Below are positions 63,707 to 64,000 of a stretch of 64,000 nucleotides of DNA, piece by piece. The stretch comes from Hemiscyllium ocellatum (taxonomy: Eukaryota): contig NC_083409.1 of the NCBI RefSeq assembly GCF_020745735.1, positions 16,988,619 through 17,052,618 on the forward strand, given 5' to 3'. The position numbers were made by a program, and so were the translations under genes. The notes under the pieces are model-generated. The model was not told the DNA's origin. It was given only the letters and a program-made list of their open reading frames with translations, and did not search any database. How positions within the stretch are numbered: the stretch's first letter is position 1; each line of letters starts with the position of its first letter.

Positions 63707-64000
63707 AGTGTTTGAGACAGTCCACAGAGGAGACCCAACTTTAAACAGAACAGGGCTGAGCTGGCAGGACAAAGGTCATTGTCAGCACTGAATGTCAACG
63801 CTCCTCCTTCTCAGGACTGGTCTAGGGAACACTTCTGAGGTTCAGGAGTTCAGGCAGTTCATTGGGACAGCGTAGAGAGAGTTTTATCCTATGTAAAACC
63901 TCATGCTGTCCTTGTTCTGGGAGTGTTTGACGGGTCAGGGTTGACTTGTGATGCTAAGTAAAATCTCTTGAAGATGTTGAAAAGTGCCAGCTGTACAAAA

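Larger units (their letters stand above)
7600..64000. other. Inverted segmental duplication; arms about 7.6-27.9 kb and about 43.9-64 kb
   Basis: Collinear reverse-complement matches for C, intron LINE chains, J, V, promoter, 44-bp array, enhancer block and a chimeric LINE junction (27040-27430 vs 44440-44790). Confidence 0.9.

Overview
Vertebrate genomic DNA from a cartilaginous fish. The Ig sequences and HE1/SacSINE1-like SINEs are shark-type; the species cannot be determined. The window holds two immunoglobulin kappa-type (nurse shark NS4/type III-like) light-chain clusters arranged head-to-head as the arms of an old inverted duplication. Cluster 1 (minus strand) appears intact and rearrangeable: promoter, leader (21073-21121), V (20582-20886) with a perfect 12-RSS, J (20048-20082) with a perfect 23-RSS, an 11.85-kb intron, and C (7868-8196). 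Cluster 2 (plus strand) has V and J already joined with no RSS left (53094-53412). That VJ is out of frame, carries three stop codons, a 9-nt CDR1 deletion and a dead splice donor, yet its C exon (63378-63706) is intact and differs from C1 at only 4 of 329 nt. The rest is mostly decayed retroelements (CR1/L2-clade LINEs, SINEs, a Penelope-like element, a Gmr1-like Gypsy remnant). Comparing the two arms by eye shows several further structures: a conserved upstream block with a PU.1/IRF composite site, E-box and CCAAT box (candidate enhancer); a 44-bp array upstream of both promoters; a telomeric-repeat insertion with an empty paralogous site; and several ~135-bp elements carrying minimal hammerhead ribozymes, two with clear target-site duplications. 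All alignments and counts were done by hand.
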